Source: Trueperaceae bacterium
GTDB taxonomy: Bacteria; Deinococcota; Deinococci; Deinococcales; Trueperaceae
Reading direction: 5' to 3'
Length of the DNA: 64,000 nt
Assembly (NCBI GenBank): GCA_965214405.1
Contig: OZ243956.1
Coordinates: 800,001-864,000 of the forward strand
Below the pieces are notes generated by a model, which saw only the letters and a program-made list of their open reading frames with translations, was not told the origin of the DNA and searched no databases. Each line of letters opens with the position of its first letter. Within the stretch, counting starts at the first letter, position 1. Positions 53,703-63,932 of this stretch are shown piece by piece. Position numbers and translations under genes: made by a program.

Positions 53703-55189
53703 TGCGACTCTCGCGCGAAACGCGCATCATTTTGGGCGTCCTCACCCTCTGCGCGGCGGGCTTCGTGTGGATCAACCTCCTTACCGGAGGGACGGCGACC
53801 GAGACGCTGGCAACAACCGCCTTGGCGCAAGAAGCGCCCCTGCTGTCGGAGGTGCAAACTCAAGAAACGGATGAGGGTGTAGAGAATACAGGTGGAGATG
53901 CAGGCGAAACCGTAGCAGTTGACGAAGTGGCCGTCACGCCCGAGACCGTCACCCTTTCCCTGAGTTCTACCCCCGAGGGCGCGACCGTCCTCCTGAATGA
54001 CGAGCCCTTAGAGGGCGTGACCCCCTTTTCCGAAGCGCCCGTTGAGGGTCTGGAGGAGGCGCGCTTGCGGGTGGAGCGTGAGGGTTACCTTCCTTACGAG
54101 GGACTTCTCAACCTCAGCTTTAACCGGAACATCAGCGTTTACTTAGAGCCGCTGCCCCCCGGAGCCGCGTCCGGCGGTGTGGTGGCAGGAGAGGAGACGC
54201 CAGGAGGTGCCGCTTCAGGTGACGCTTCCCTTAGTCCCTCGGCAAGTGTGGCAGGTTCGGACACGGTTTTCACTACCGGTTCCAATACTGTCTCTAACGG
54301 CACGATGGTCGCTCGAGAAGTCATCATCGACGAACTCCCCTTTCTGATCACCGCCCCGCCCCAAAGGGTTGAGGAAGGAAGCGAGGATTCAGGCGAGGTT
54401 GATGGGGAGGCCATCGCGCGCCCTCAAGGCGAGCAGCGGGCCTCCGTCAACCCCTTTTCGCCCCTCGTACTCAGGATAGAAACGCCTGACGAGGCGACTG
54501 ATGAGATGGTGTCGTCAGAGCAGGAACTCATCGTGGTGCCCGTGCCGGACGAATTTGCCTCCTCCACATCCTCCGTAACTCCCGTTATCGTCGCCGCCGC
54601 GCCCAGAGAGGCCGTTAAAGCGCCCGCGCCGCGTCCGCTGGCCCCCCCGGCACCAAGAACGACCGCCCTGCCGCGCGCGTTGCCCCAAGGCAGTTTGCCG
54701 GTCGCGCCCCGCATTCTGGACACCCGCCGCACGCGCACGCCGCAGCCTCCCGACTTGGCCGCCATCGCCGCCATTCGCGTCCCGGACGCTCCCAAGGAGG
54801 AGGCTCTGGCGTCGGTGACGGCCTCAGTTGCTGCGTCGGTCGCTGCGCCAGCCTCGTCTGCTAGGTCGGCAGCCAACTCAGGGGAGGACGCCGTGGCAGG
54901 TCCAGCGCTCGAGCCTCTCGCCCTCGCCAAGCAAAACGCCCTGGGAGGCGCGCCCCTTTTTGCGGGCACGAATGAGCTTTCCCGCTACCTGCGCGACAAC
55001 GACGTGACCTTCACGGGTACGGTGGCCGGTCCCGTCGGGGTGGGCGTGTTCCGCTTCGCGGATTCCGGCCCGGTCGTGGTGGCCCTGGGCGCGACCTTGC
55101 CCGACACCGACATCGTGCTGAGCAACTTGAGCGGCACCAAAGCAGAATTTACCCAAGGCACTCTCTCACAGACCCTCAACAGGCGGTGA
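53702..55189 (+). CDS. Thermus PilW-like pilus/competence protein with a PEGA domain
   Basis: Lies between pilO and the secretin; STPEGATV...GVTP...EREGY (PEGA), NPFSPL and G...GPVGVGVF. Confidence 0.65.
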   Translation: MRLSRETRIILGVLTLCAAGFVWINLLTGGTATETLATTALAQEAPLLSEVQTQETDEGVENTGGDAGETVAVDEVAVTPETVTLSLSSTPEGATVLLNDEPLEGVTPFSEAPVEGLEEARLRVEREGYLPYEGLLNLSFNRNISVYLEPLPPGAASGGVVAGEETPGGAASGDASLSPSASVAGSDTVFTTGSNTVSNGTMVAREVIIDELPFLITAPPQRVEEGSEDSGEVDGEAIARPQGEQRASVNPFSPLVLRIETPDEATDEMVSSEQELIVVPVPDEFASSTSSVTPVIVAAAPREAVKAPAPRPLAPPAPRTTALPRALPQGSLPVAPRILDTRRTRTPQPPDLAAIAAIRVPDAPKEEALASVTASVAASVAAPASSARSAANSGEDAVAGPALEPLALAKQNALGGAPLFAGTNELSRYLRDNDVTFTGTVAGPVGVGVFRFADSGPVVVALGATLPDTDIVLSNLSGTKAEFTQGTLSQTLNRR

Positions 55190-56754
55190 CCATGAAGCTG
55201 AACTCGGCTACACGTTCTATAACGAAAGCAGGCACGCACAAACGTGCTCGCACCCTTTTCTTCGTTCTCTTTCTCACCCTTTTTGGCTTCACGGCGGGCG
55301 CGCAAAGGGCGTCAGCCTTGCCCGACGACCCCCGCTTCGACCAGCCGGTGGGCTTTTCCACCGCCACGGGCGGCGAATCGCTCCGCGCGATGGTCATGGC
55401 GCTCGCCAAGTCCGTCGACCTCACGGCGGTGGCCGACAGCGTGCCCGACACCCTTATCATGTACGACATCGGCGAGCCCAAGCCCTTTAGACAAGTGTGG
55501 GACCTGATTACCACCCTAAACGACCTCGACTACGCGCTGCTCGACAACGACGTGATGGTGGTCGGCACGCCCGCATCGGTGGCGAAGCTTGGGCGTCAAA
55601 ACCTTACCAGTGAGGTTGATGAAACGGTCGAGCAGGTGCAGCGCTTCTACCGCGTGATAGAGAACCCCGACGATTTGGCCGAAGTCGTGCGCCAGGCCGT
55701 CCCCGGTGCGAGCGTGGACGTGCTCGCCAACCTCAACACGCTGTCGGTACGCGCGTCCGAGGAGGAGCAGAGCGAGGTCGAGCGCGTCCTGAGCCGCTTC
55801 AACCCCGATATCGCGCAGCCGGTGCGGCGCGTGTACTCGCTCTCCAACGCCGACGCCGCGACGCTCGCCGAAACGCTTACCCAGACGGTCGTACGCGGCG
55901 AACAGGAAACGACCAACTTAGTCGACAATAACGATAATCAATTTCCCGATGAGCAAACAACCACCGTCGTCAGAACCGAAGACATCGTCATCGCCGCCGA
56001 CGAACGCACAAACAGCGTGATCGTCACCGCGCCCGAGACCATTCAGGCGGAAATCGCAACGCTTATTGGCGCGCTCGATATCCCCCAGCCCCAGGTGAAC
56101 GTCCAGGTGCGAATTCAAGAAATTCAGACGCGCTCCGCCGCGAACTTAGGTATCAACTTGAGCGCGGGCGTCGGCAACTTTGCGACGACGCTGTTAGACA
56201 CCGGCCTTCAGTTCGTGTTCGACGCGCAAAACGCGGTGTCAGGGCTCAACATCGGCGCGGTTTTGGACACGCTGGAGACGCAGGGCCTTTCCCGCCGCGT
56301 GGACGACTCCAACCTGACCATGCTCAACAACTCCCCCGGCAAAATCAACGTGGGCGGGCGCATCGAGCTCACCTTTGCGAGTCTTAACGGCGACATCCAG
56401 ACCCGCACCTTGGAGTACGGCGTCATCATCGAGGTCACGCCGCGCATCTCCGCCGACGGTCGGGTGATTTTAGAGATCAGCGCCGAGGTGTCCGACTTGG
56501 CCGTCCCGCTCGCCGACGGGGGCATCCCGCAGCGCATCGACTTCACCACCCGCGAGGTCACCTCGACGGTCACGCTCGAGCCCGGCCAGACGGTGCTCTT
56601 GGGCGGCTTGCTCCAAAACGCGCTCTCCACAACAAAGTCCAGAACGCCCATTCTGGGCTCCATCCCCATCATCGGCTCCCTCTTTAGCACCACCAACACC
56701 GAAGAAGAGGACACCGAGCTGCTGCTCATCGTCAGCGCGATGACGATTGAGTAA
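55186..56754 (+). CDS. pilQ: secretin PilQ
   Basis: DERTNSVIV, LDIPQPQVNVQVRIQE, GQTVLLGGL, P.LGSIPIIGSLF and ELLLIV motifs. Confidence 0.9.
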   Translation: MTMKLNSATRSITKAGTHKRARTLFFVLFLTLFGFTAGAQRASALPDDPRFDQPVGFSTATGGESLRAMVMALAKSVDLTAVADSVPDTLIMYDIGEPKPFRQVWDLITTLNDLDYALLDNDVMVVGTPASVAKLGRQNLTSEVDETVEQVQRFYRVIENPDDLAEVVRQAVPGASVDVLANLNTLSVRASEEEQSEVERVLSRFNPDIAQPVRRVYSLSNADAATLAETLTQTVVRGEQETTNLVDNNDNQFPDEQTTTVVRTEDIVIAADERTNSVIVTAPETIQAEIATLIGALDIPQPQVNVQVRIQEIQTRSAANLGINLSAGVGNFATTLLDTGLQFVFDAQNAVSGLNIGAVLDTLETQGLSRRVDDSNLTMLNNSPGKINVGGRIELTFASLNGDIQTRTLEYGVIIEVTPRISADGRVILEISAEVSDLAVPLADGGIPQRIDFTTREVTSTVTLEPGQTVLLGGLLQNALSTTKSRTPILGSIPIIGSLFSTTNTEEEDTELLLIVSAMTIE

Positions 56755-56870
56755 CACGACTCCTGTAGATGCGTTACGAAATAAGGTTGTTCGCGTAGAA
56801 ACGTTGCGACTTACGTTGCTCGAGCGTTCGCACCTCCAAACCCCTCAACCAAACTCTGTATCTCTGGACC

Positions 56871-56905
56871 CTCGAGACCCCGCCACACGCGGGGTTTCTG
56901 AGTTT
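56871..56905 (+). terminator. possible terminator after the pil operon
   Basis: GAGACCCCGC-CACAC-GCGGGGTTTC followed by a T-rich tract. Confidence 0.55.
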
Positions 56906-57006
56906 CTGTTGCTAATTCCCGTTTCAACTGTCGGACGTTTCTCACTCATGCACGACTCCTCTCACTCGATTCTTTGGTCTACACAAACGCGTGCTAACCT
57001 GTTCAT

Positions 57007-58161
57007 ATGTTGAGATTCTTTTCGGCGGGTGAGTCGCACGGCCCCGCGCTTACGGTTTTTTTAGACGGGGTGCCCGCGGGCCTAGAGCTCGTTGCGAGCG
57101 AGCACATCGACCCCTGGCTGAGGCGGCGGCAGGGAGGGTACGGCCGAGGCCGCCGCATGGTGATAGAAAGCGACTGCGCGACCCTGCTGGCAGGCGTGCG
57201 CGCGGGCCGCACCACGGGCGCGCCGCTGTCGTTGCAGATAGAAAACCGCGACTGGCGCAACTGGACGGACATTATGTCGCCCGAACCCGGTAACGAGCCG
57301 CGTAAACGCGCCTTGACCGAGGCGCGGCCCGGTCACGCGGACCTGGCGGGCGGCGTCAAGTATGGGCACAAAGATTTGCGGGATGTGCTCGAGCGCGCCT
57401 CGGCGCGCGAGACCGCCTCACGCGTGGCGGCGGGCGCGGTGGCGCTGCAACTCTTGAAAACCGCGGGCGTGGAGGGCTGCGCCCGCGTCGTCAGCATGGC
57501 CGGGATTCCCTGCGACGGCGGGATGGACTGGGAAGCGCTAGATAAGCTCGATGAGAGTCCCTTACGCACCTTTGACGGCGAGGCCGAGAGTCGGATTATC
57601 GAGCGCATCGACCAGGCCAAGGCCGACGGCGACACGCTGGGTGGCGTGATCGAAGCGCGCTTTCGCGGCGTGCCCGTGGGGCTCGGCAGCCACACGCAGT
57701 GGGACCGCAAGCTGGACGGGCGGCTGGCGGGGGCGGCGATGAGCATCCAGGCCATCAAGGGCGTCGAAATCGGCGACGGCTGGCGCAACGCGACGGTGCC
57801 GGGTAGCCGCGTTCACGACGCCATCTACCGGGGTGACGAGGGCTACTACCGCGAGACGAACCGCTCAGGCGGGCTCGAGGCGGGCATCACCAACGGCGCG
57901 GAAGTAATCGTGCGCGCCGCGATGAAGCCCATCGCCACGCTCATGAAACCCTTGCCGACCGTGGACGTCGTGACGCACGAGCCCGCCGACGCCGCCCGCG
58001 AACGCTCCGACACGACCGCCGTCCCCGCCGCGTCCATCGTCCTCCTGGCGATGAGCGCGCTCGTGCTGGGCGACGCATTATTAGAAAAGTTTGGCGGCGA
58101 CACCGTCCGCGAGATTACGGAGCGCGTGGAGGCGCACGGGCGTTATGTGGCGAATTTTTAG
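57007..58161 (+). CDS. aroC: chorismate synthase
   Basis: AGESHG, RPGHAD, ERASARET, MKPIAT and ERSD motifs. Confidence 0.97.
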   Translation: MLRFFSAGESHGPALTVFLDGVPAGLELVASEHIDPWLRRRQGGYGRGRRMVIESDCATLLAGVRAGRTTGAPLSLQIENRDWRNWTDIMSPEPGNEPRKRALTEARPGHADLAGGVKYGHKDLRDVLERASARETASRVAAGAVALQLLKTAGVEGCARVVSMAGIPCDGGMDWEALDKLDESPLRTFDGEAESRIIERIDQAKADGDTLGGVIEARFRGVPVGLGSHTQWDRKLDGRLAGAAMSIQAIKGVEIGDGWRNATVPGSRVHDAIYRGDEGYYRETNRSGGLEAGITNGAEVIVRAAMKPIATLMKPLPTVDVVTHEPADAARERSDTTAVPAASIVLLAMSALVLGDALLEKFGGDTVREITERVEAHGRYVANF

Positions 58162-58215
58162 ACCCGTCAAGGTTGCTGAGGGGTTACCCGACCACGCTCC
58201 CCACCGTACGCCCTG

Positions 58216-58788
58216 GTGATGGAGGTTGTGGAGGTGGCGCACGCGTATCTGCTCGAGGAGCGGCCCGTCTCGTGGGTGGCGCTGGTCGGCTTTATGGGCG
58301 CGGGCAAGAGCCGCATCGGCTGGGAACTCTCGAGGCGCTTGAGCCTAACCTTCATCGACACAGATAGGGTCATCGAGCGCGTGAGCTGTATGCGGATTCC
58401 CGAGCTTTTCGACCTCTACGGCGAGAGCGTGTTCCGCGACTACGAGAGCGAGGTGGTGAGGCGCTGCTTGCGCCTAGACGGCGTCGTCGTCTCGACGGGC
58501 GGCGGCACCGTGATGCGCCCCCAAAACCGCGCGCTGCTCAAGAGCCGCGGCCCGGTGGTGCTGCTGACCGCGAGCCCGGAAACGATTTATAAACGGACGC
58601 GCCGCCACAAGCGACCGCTCTTAGAAGTCGGCGACCCGGTCGAGCGCATCCGCACGCTCATGGGCGCGCGCGGCGAGGCTTACCACGACGCCGCCTCGTT
58701 CAGCGTCTCGACGGACGGACGCCACTCGGCGGACGTGGTCGAGGAGATTGTCGAGGGTCTGTGGACCTGGACGGAGGCCGGGACGTGA
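58216..58788 (+). CDS. aroK: shikimate kinase
   Basis: GFMGAGKS, DTD, STGGG and RPLL motifs. Confidence 0.96.
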   Translation: MMEVVEVAHAYLLEERPVSWVALVGFMGAGKSRIGWELSRRLSLTFIDTDRVIERVSCMRIPELFDLYGESVFRDYESEVVRRCLRLDGVVVSTGGGTVMRPQNRALLKSRGPVVLLTASPETIYKRTRRHKRPLLEVGDPVERIRTLMGARGEAYHDAASFSVSTDGRHSADVVEEIVEGLWTWTEAGT

Positions 58789-59897
58789 AGCTCACCGTCG
58801 GCGTCACGCCGCCCTATCCCGTCGTCGTCGAAGCGGGGTTGCTCTCCCGGCTGAGCGCTCACATCGCGGAAGATAAGGTTGTGCTCGTGAGCGACACGAA
58901 CATCGCGGCGCACTACGCGGAGGCGGTGCGGGCGGGGCTCACTTGCGCAGGCAAAACCGTCACCTGCTTGACCGTCGCCCCCGGTGAGGAGAGCAAGACG
59001 CTTGCAACTTACGGAAACCTTTTACGCGAACTCGCACAAAAAAGAGTTGACCGCGGTGCGGCGGTGCTCGCCTTGGGCGGCGGGGTGGTGGGCGACTTAG
59101 CTGGCTTTGTCGCGGCGAGCTATCTGCGCGGCGTGGCTTTCTACCAAATCCCCACCTCCCTGCTGGCGATGGTCGACGCCAGCGTGGGCGGCAAAACCGG
59201 GCTCAACTTGCCCGAGGGCAAAAACCTCGTCGGCGCGTTCTGGCAACCCAAGGCGGTGCTTGCGGACGTGACAACGCTCCGCACCCTGCCCGAGCGCGAG
59301 TTTCGCGGGGGCGCGGTGGAGCTTTTCAAGCATGGGCTCCTGGCCGACCCAGGGATCCTTGAGCACCTCCCCAGCGACGGTTTCCGCCGGGACGGTGACC
59401 CGGATTTTTTAACTCAGCTTATCGGGCGTTCGGTCGCGGTCAAAGCTAAAATCGTCGCCGCCGACGAGCGCGAGGGGGGCGAACGCGCGCACCTCAACTT
59501 GGGTCACACGCTGGCGCACGCGCTCGAGGCCCACTCTCACCACCGCATCCCCCACGGCGACGCGGTGGCCTACGGCCTCCTTTTTGCCGCCGAACTCGCG
59601 GCGGGGCGCGGCTATGCGGACGAGACGGGGCGACTCCAAGCATTTTTACGCTGGGTGAATCCGGCGCCGCTAGGGGTCGAGGACGATGTAACCCTTGATG
59701 ACATAACTTTTGACGCTCTTCTCCCCTATCTCTACCGCGACAAAAAGGTGCGGGGGGGGCGGTTGCGCTGGGTGCTGCTCGAGCGCATCGGCAAGCCCCT
59801 TTTGGTAGACGACGTTCAAGAGTCCGAACTCAAAAAAGCCTGGGGCGCACTTCTCAAAACCCTTCCTGATAGTCTAGCCGACACTTCTAAAGCGTAA
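58785..59897 (+). CDS. aroB: 3-dehydroquinate synthase
   Basis: GGGVVGD, PTSLLAMVDASVGGKTG, LNLGHT, HGDAV and DKK motifs. GTGA overlap with aroK. Confidence 0.96.
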   Translation: MKLTVGVTPPYPVVVEAGLLSRLSAHIAEDKVVLVSDTNIAAHYAEAVRAGLTCAGKTVTCLTVAPGEESKTLATYGNLLRELAQKRVDRGAAVLALGGGVVGDLAGFVAASYLRGVAFYQIPTSLLAMVDASVGGKTGLNLPEGKNLVGAFWQPKAVLADVTTLRTLPEREFRGGAVELFKHGLLADPGILEHLPSDGFRRDGDPDFLTQLIGRSVAVKAKIVAADEREGGERAHLNLGHTLAHALEAHSHHRIPHGDAVAYGLLFAAELAAGRGYADETGRLQAFLRWVNPAPLGVEDDVTLDDITFDALLPYLYRDKKVRGGRLRWVLLERIGKPLLVDDVQESELKKAWGALLKTLPDSLADTSKA

Positions 59898-59907
59898 CGG
59901 AGGCCCC

Positions 59908-60360
59908 ATGATTCTCGTTTTGAACGGCCCCAACCTCAACCTGCTAGGACGGCGCGAGCCCGAGGTTTACGGGCGCGAAACCCTCGAGGACTTAGAAAGC
60001 CGCTGCGAGGCCTGGGGCGCGGAGGTGGGCACCCCCGTCGTGTGCCGCCAGAGCAATTATGAGGGCCAAATCCTCGATTGGCTCCACCGCGCAGAGGAAG
60101 AGGGGGTGAGGGGCGTTGTCCTTAATCCCGGCGGCCTCACCCACACCTCGGTGACGCTCCGCGACGCGGTTGCGGGTGTCACTCCGCCCGTTGTGGAGGT
60201 GCATCTGTCGAACGTTCACGCCCGCGAAGCGTTTCGGCACCATTCATTTGTGTCAGCGGTTTGTGTGGGCAGCATTACCGGGTTGGGTGTCGAGGGGTAC
60301 GGGGCCGCGATTCGCTTTCTCGCGGGCAGGCGCACGACCGTCCGCTCCGTCTATACCTAA
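59908..60360 (+). CDS. aroQ: type II 3-dehydroquinate dehydratase
   Basis: LNGPNLNLLGRREPEVYG and EVHLSNVHAREAFRH motifs. Confidence 0.97.
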   Translation: MILVLNGPNLNLLGRREPEVYGRETLEDLESRCEAWGAEVGTPVVCRQSNYEGQILDWLHRAEEEGVRGVVLNPGGLTHTSVTLRDAVAGVTPPVVEVHLSNVHAREAFRHHSFVSAVCVGSITGLGVEGYGAAIRFLAGRRTTVRSVYT

Positions 60361-60405
60361 AAGCTCGCAGCCGCGCCTTATACAACGGGTTTTAGCCTTA
60401 ACCCG

Positions 60406-60624
60406 TCACGCCACGGCAGCGTCGGCCCATCTCGGCTCCCGCACGCTTTTGCGGTGGCGCTTTAGGGTAACGCCCAGGGCGTAACAGGCAGCGGCAATGA
60501 GGGCCGCTCCGGCGAGCACCCAGAACAGCAGGAGCGTCGTCATGAGGGCCAGCGCCAAGAGGATATAGTGGGCGACGCCGAGGGCGGCGAACGCGGTGAG
60601 TTCTTTGTGGGTCAAGGTGAACAT
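60406..60624 (-). CDS. small membrane protein
   Basis: Two TM helices; TATACT-6 nt-ATG leaderless start. Confidence 0.6.
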   Translation of the reverse strand: MFTLTHKELTAFAALGVAHYILLALALMTTLLLFWVLAGAALIAAACYALGVTLKRHRKSVREPRWADAAVA

Positions 60625-60698
60625 GAAGAGAGTATAGGGGGCAGCGCCTTACAGAACTCTTACAGAGGTGTGGCTTTCATTACGCGCACCCAACCTCG

Positions 60699-61223
60699 CT
60701 AGCCCCGCAAAAACTCCCCCGGCCCCTCGCCCAAAGGCGGCAGGTCTTGGAGCGATTTGAGACCGAACTCGAGCAAAAACCGCGTCGTCGTCGCGTAGAG
60801 CAGCGGTTTACCGACCACGTCCTTGCGGCCCACCACCTTGACGAGTTCGCGCTCTTGCAGGGTGTCCAACGTTGAGGCGCACGACGCGCCGCGCGCCGCC
60901 TCCAATTCGCCCCGCGTCACGGGCTGCCCGTAGGCCACGAGCGCGAGGGTTTCTAGGGCGGCGCTCGAGAGCTGCGGCAAAGGCGGCGGTGAGAGCAGCG
61001 GGGTGAGGTCGGAGTTTAGAGACGGGTCGACGACCAGGCGGTAGCCCCCCGCCACCTCCTCGACCACCAGCCCCAACTGCTGCGTGTAGAGCGTGTCGCG
61101 CAGGTCGCGCACCGCCTCCGCCACCTCCTCGGCGCTCACATCTAAAAGGTTGAGAAGCTCCTTGTCACTTATAGGCCGACCCGCCGCCAGGAGCGCCGCG
61201 CAGAGAACCGCCCTACGCCGCAT
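60699..61223 (-). CDS. scpB: SMC-Scp complex subunit ScpB
   Basis: VAGGY, LSSAALETLALVAY.QPVTR, Y.TT..FL..FGL and DLP motifs. Confidence 0.95.
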   Translation of the reverse strand: MRRRAVLCAALLAAGRPISDKELLNLLDVSAEEVAEAVRDLRDTLYTQQLGLVVEEVAGGYRLVVDPSLNSDLTPLLSPPPLPQLSSAALETLALVAYGQPVTRGELEAARGASCASTLDTLQERELVKVVGRKDVVGKPLLYATTTRFLLEFGLKSLQDLPPLGEGPGEFLRG

Positions 61224-61384
61224 GATAGTGGGTCCAAGAGAAAAGCACGGTGCATTCTATAGCAACTTTCATTGCCACCGAATCTACCAGCGCAGGTAGC
61301 GCCCCTCAACTTGCGTTCTGGCCGATATGTACGCCAAATCTCTCAAACCGGACGCTGAGGGCTATGACGCGGCTCGAGAAACGC

Positions 61385-63178
61385 CTAGCGCCGCTCATAA
61401 GCCTCGACCGTCAGGCTGAGCCCGTTTTCCTCCCCGGCGGGACGCTCAGGACAACCCGGCACACCGGACGGGCAGAGGTTGATGAGGCGTGGGTCCCACG
61501 CGACGCTCACGCCTTGCGAGCCGACGGTAAGTTCGTCCGCCATGACCGCGCCGAAAAGAAGCGTTTTGCCGCGAATCTCTATGGTTTTTTGTGCGTAAAG
61601 CAGGGCGGCGACGTCAAGCTCGGCGGCGTCTAAACCGTCTTCATCATCTTTAGCGTCCGTTCCCACGGTGATGTCGCCGCTCGAGACGAAGCTCAACACG
61701 TCTTTTTTGAGAAAAGCATCATCGTCTGAATTGTGAGGAGCGAGGTCCCCGTTAATCGTTACTTTGGCCCCCCCGTCAGCCCCCGACTTCCCCACCCAAA
61801 AGGTGCCTTTGCCCTTGTAGCTCAGCGCTTCCGACACGATGAGGTCCGCCTCGCCCGTCGAGACGGTCAGGCCCCCTTTGGGTTTTCCCGACCCGTCGGT
61901 GGGCGGGTGGATGAATTCAAGTTGTCCCGGCTCGCCTTCGGACCCCGGACGCCACGCGACGCGGAGGGTGGGGTTGAGAGGATTTTCGCATTCAAAACCG
62001 GACGCCGGGTCGGCGGGTGGTAGATGAATATCGGGGCTTGACACAACTGCGCCGCCCTCCGCTTGCCGGAACAACTGCGGACAGGTCTCGGGGGTGAGGG
62101 TGAGGTCGGCACCCGCGGGAAAATCCTCGGCAAGCTCGGGCGCTTTGCCCGCGCCAACTTCACCTATGCGCGTTTCGTTTAAGTGCGCCCTGTTTACGCC
62201 TGCCCAGCCCTCTGGAATGGCGCGGTTATTTTTGTCAACAATCCCGAACGACCCAGGCCCTCGCCCTAACGAAATTCCTTTGATGTTATTTTGCGCGGTT
62301 CCGAGTGCAACCGAAGCCTTGTCTAGTTTTACGTTGCCGGAGCCGAGGCTTATCCGGGCGCACAGGTCGGGGGAGATTTTATACGCGCCCAATTCGTCCA
62401 CCCGCTCGCTAATGTCGGTGTCGCCGTCCCGACCGTAATAGTCGTTAAAAATCCCGGTGGTGCCGCGCAAATCCAGACCTGTTTTGCCCTCCTCGAGATT
62501 ACGGTTGAGAGAACGCACGGAGCCGTAAACGGACACGTTTTCTAGCGGACCGGCAAACTTCTTTCTCACGCTAAGCGCGCTGTCGATGCCGCCGGGCACC
62601 CGGTTCGCGCCGAGGCGGACGGCGTTGGTGGCTTTGGCTCGAGCGTCTTTCACGGTGCAACTCTCGCCCGGACAGTTCTCCGCCGTGCCGCCTATATAGC
62701 CTTCAGAGGTCATGGTCTCACCCTTTAAGCGGATGATGTAACCGCCCTCCGTGCCGTCCGGCAGCGTCACCGGATGGAAGGTTCCCTGGTTGGGAAAAAT
62801 GTCCATTCCACGCTTGCCGCCCTCACCCTCGGCAAAGTCCAAATCCAGACCGCCCGCCGAGAGCGGCTCGCCGGAGCCGCACGCGGCGTCGCCACGGTTG
62901 TCTACCTCACGCGCTCTATCAAAAAGGTCATAACTCTCGATGTGCTGACGCTTCCAATCCGGCTCATAACTTTGCAAAAAAGCCACATTCTGGTTGGCGA
63001 TGGCGACAAAGCGCGTGAGCCCCGCCTCCGACACGACCTGCGCCAAGGTCGCGCCGCGGTCGTTGCTGGCGACCGTTTGGCTCGTCAGCGCGTTGAAAAG
63101 CGCGCCCGTGACCAAGATACCGACGACGACCATGACGATAAGCGCGTAGATTAGGGCAAAGCCGTTTGCGTGTTTCAC
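61385..63178 (-). CDS. PilX-like minor pilin with a large C-terminal domain
   Basis: N-terminal GFALIYALIVMVVV prepilin-like signal lacking E5, and A..VSEAGL motif. Confidence 0.75.
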   Translation of the reverse strand: MKHANGFALIYALIVMVVVGILVTGALFNALTSQTVASNDRGATLAQVVSEAGLTRFVAIANQNVAFLQSYEPDWKRQHIESYDLFDRAREVDNRGDAACGSGEPLSAGGLDLDFAEGEGGKRGMDIFPNQGTFHPVTLPDGTEGGYIIRLKGETMTSEGYIGGTAENCPGESCTVKDARAKATNAVRLGANRVPGGIDSALSVRKKFAGPLENVSVYGSVRSLNRNLEEGKTGLDLRGTTGIFNDYYGRDGDTDISERVDELGAYKISPDLCARISLGSGNVKLDKASVALGTAQNNIKGISLGRGPGSFGIVDKNNRAIPEGWAGVNRAHLNETRIGEVGAGKAPELAEDFPAGADLTLTPETCPQLFRQAEGGAVVSSPDIHLPPADPASGFECENPLNPTLRVAWRPGSEGEPGQLEFIHPPTDGSGKPKGGLTVSTGEADLIVSEALSYKGKGTFWVGKSGADGGAKVTINGDLAPHNSDDDAFLKKDVLSFVSSGDITVGTDAKDDEDGLDAAELDVAALLYAQKTIEIRGKTLLFGAVMADELTVGSQGVSVAWDPRLINLCPSGVPGCPERPAGEENGLSLTVEAYERR

Positions 63179-63212
63179 AGCGTCTCCTCTGTTTTAACTC
63201 TCTTTTGGCTAC

Positions 63213-63932
63213 TTAGGGTCTCAAATTGGGCGGACTGACCGTCTGCTCGGCGTATTCGTAGTAGTAACCGGCTTCTTCTTGATTCGTGACGCGGTTACCG
63301 TCAAACATAAAAGGCGAACTCACGCCGCGCGTTTTGTGAACGCTCTGCGCGGTTAGTTTGACTGTGACCGAGAGCACATCACTGGGGTCGAATAGGGAAT
63401 CTGTTGCGTTACACGTTGGGGCGTCCGGCGTGCAGGTAAAGGAGAGTTCAAAAGCGCGAACACCCGGAACGGCGGAGTCATACCTGGCACCACTATCTGC
63501 GCCTTTTCTCTCCCTGCGGTAGAGCGCCCAGACATTATCATTTTCCGTATCTTTGCGTAATTCGTAAGCCACTTCTACAGATCTATCTTCGGGCGTTGTT
63601 TCTGGGCGTGCGTAAGTGTCACAGTATCTGATGAACAGTGTGTGTCTGCGTTTTACGTTGTAGTAGGGGCGCGAGGTGTTAACCCAAAGAGCTGGCGTCA
63701 CGTCCCCAACATTACAGGCCGCTTCTACACCCTGCGAGCCCGCAATGTTGAGGTCCGCCGAAATCATTTCCAGTGCGGAACGCAAATTCACCTGCATCTC
63801 GTTGCGGGCTTCCGTCTGATCCGCCAGCCGCCACTGCGCGGTCAAGAAAGTTGTGATGATGCCCGTAACTAAGGTGAGAATACCGAGAGCCACGAGAGTT
63901 TCTACGAGCGTCATACCAGACGTGCGTTTCAT
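63213..63932 (-). CDS. PilW/PulJ-like minor pilin with prepilin N-terminal cleavage/methylation site
   Basis: SG-MTLVETLVAL, Q.NLR.ALE.I..DL..AG motif. Confidence 0.85.
   Translation of the reverse strand: MKRTSGMTLVETLVALGILTLVTGIITTFLTAQWRLADQTEARNEMQVNLRSALEMISADLNIAGSQGVEAACNVGDVTPALWVNTSRPYYNVKRRHTLFIRYCDTYARPETTPEDRSVEVAYELRKDTENDNVWALYRRERKGADSGARYDSAVPGVRAFELSFTCTPDAPTCNATDSLFDPSDVLSVTVKLTAQSVHKTRGVSSPFMFDGNRVTNQEEAGYYYEYAEQTVSPPNLRP

Noticed and set aside
51267..60360. pil-aro gene linkage as a novelty
   Set aside because: This synteny is well known in Thermus and many Proteobacteria.
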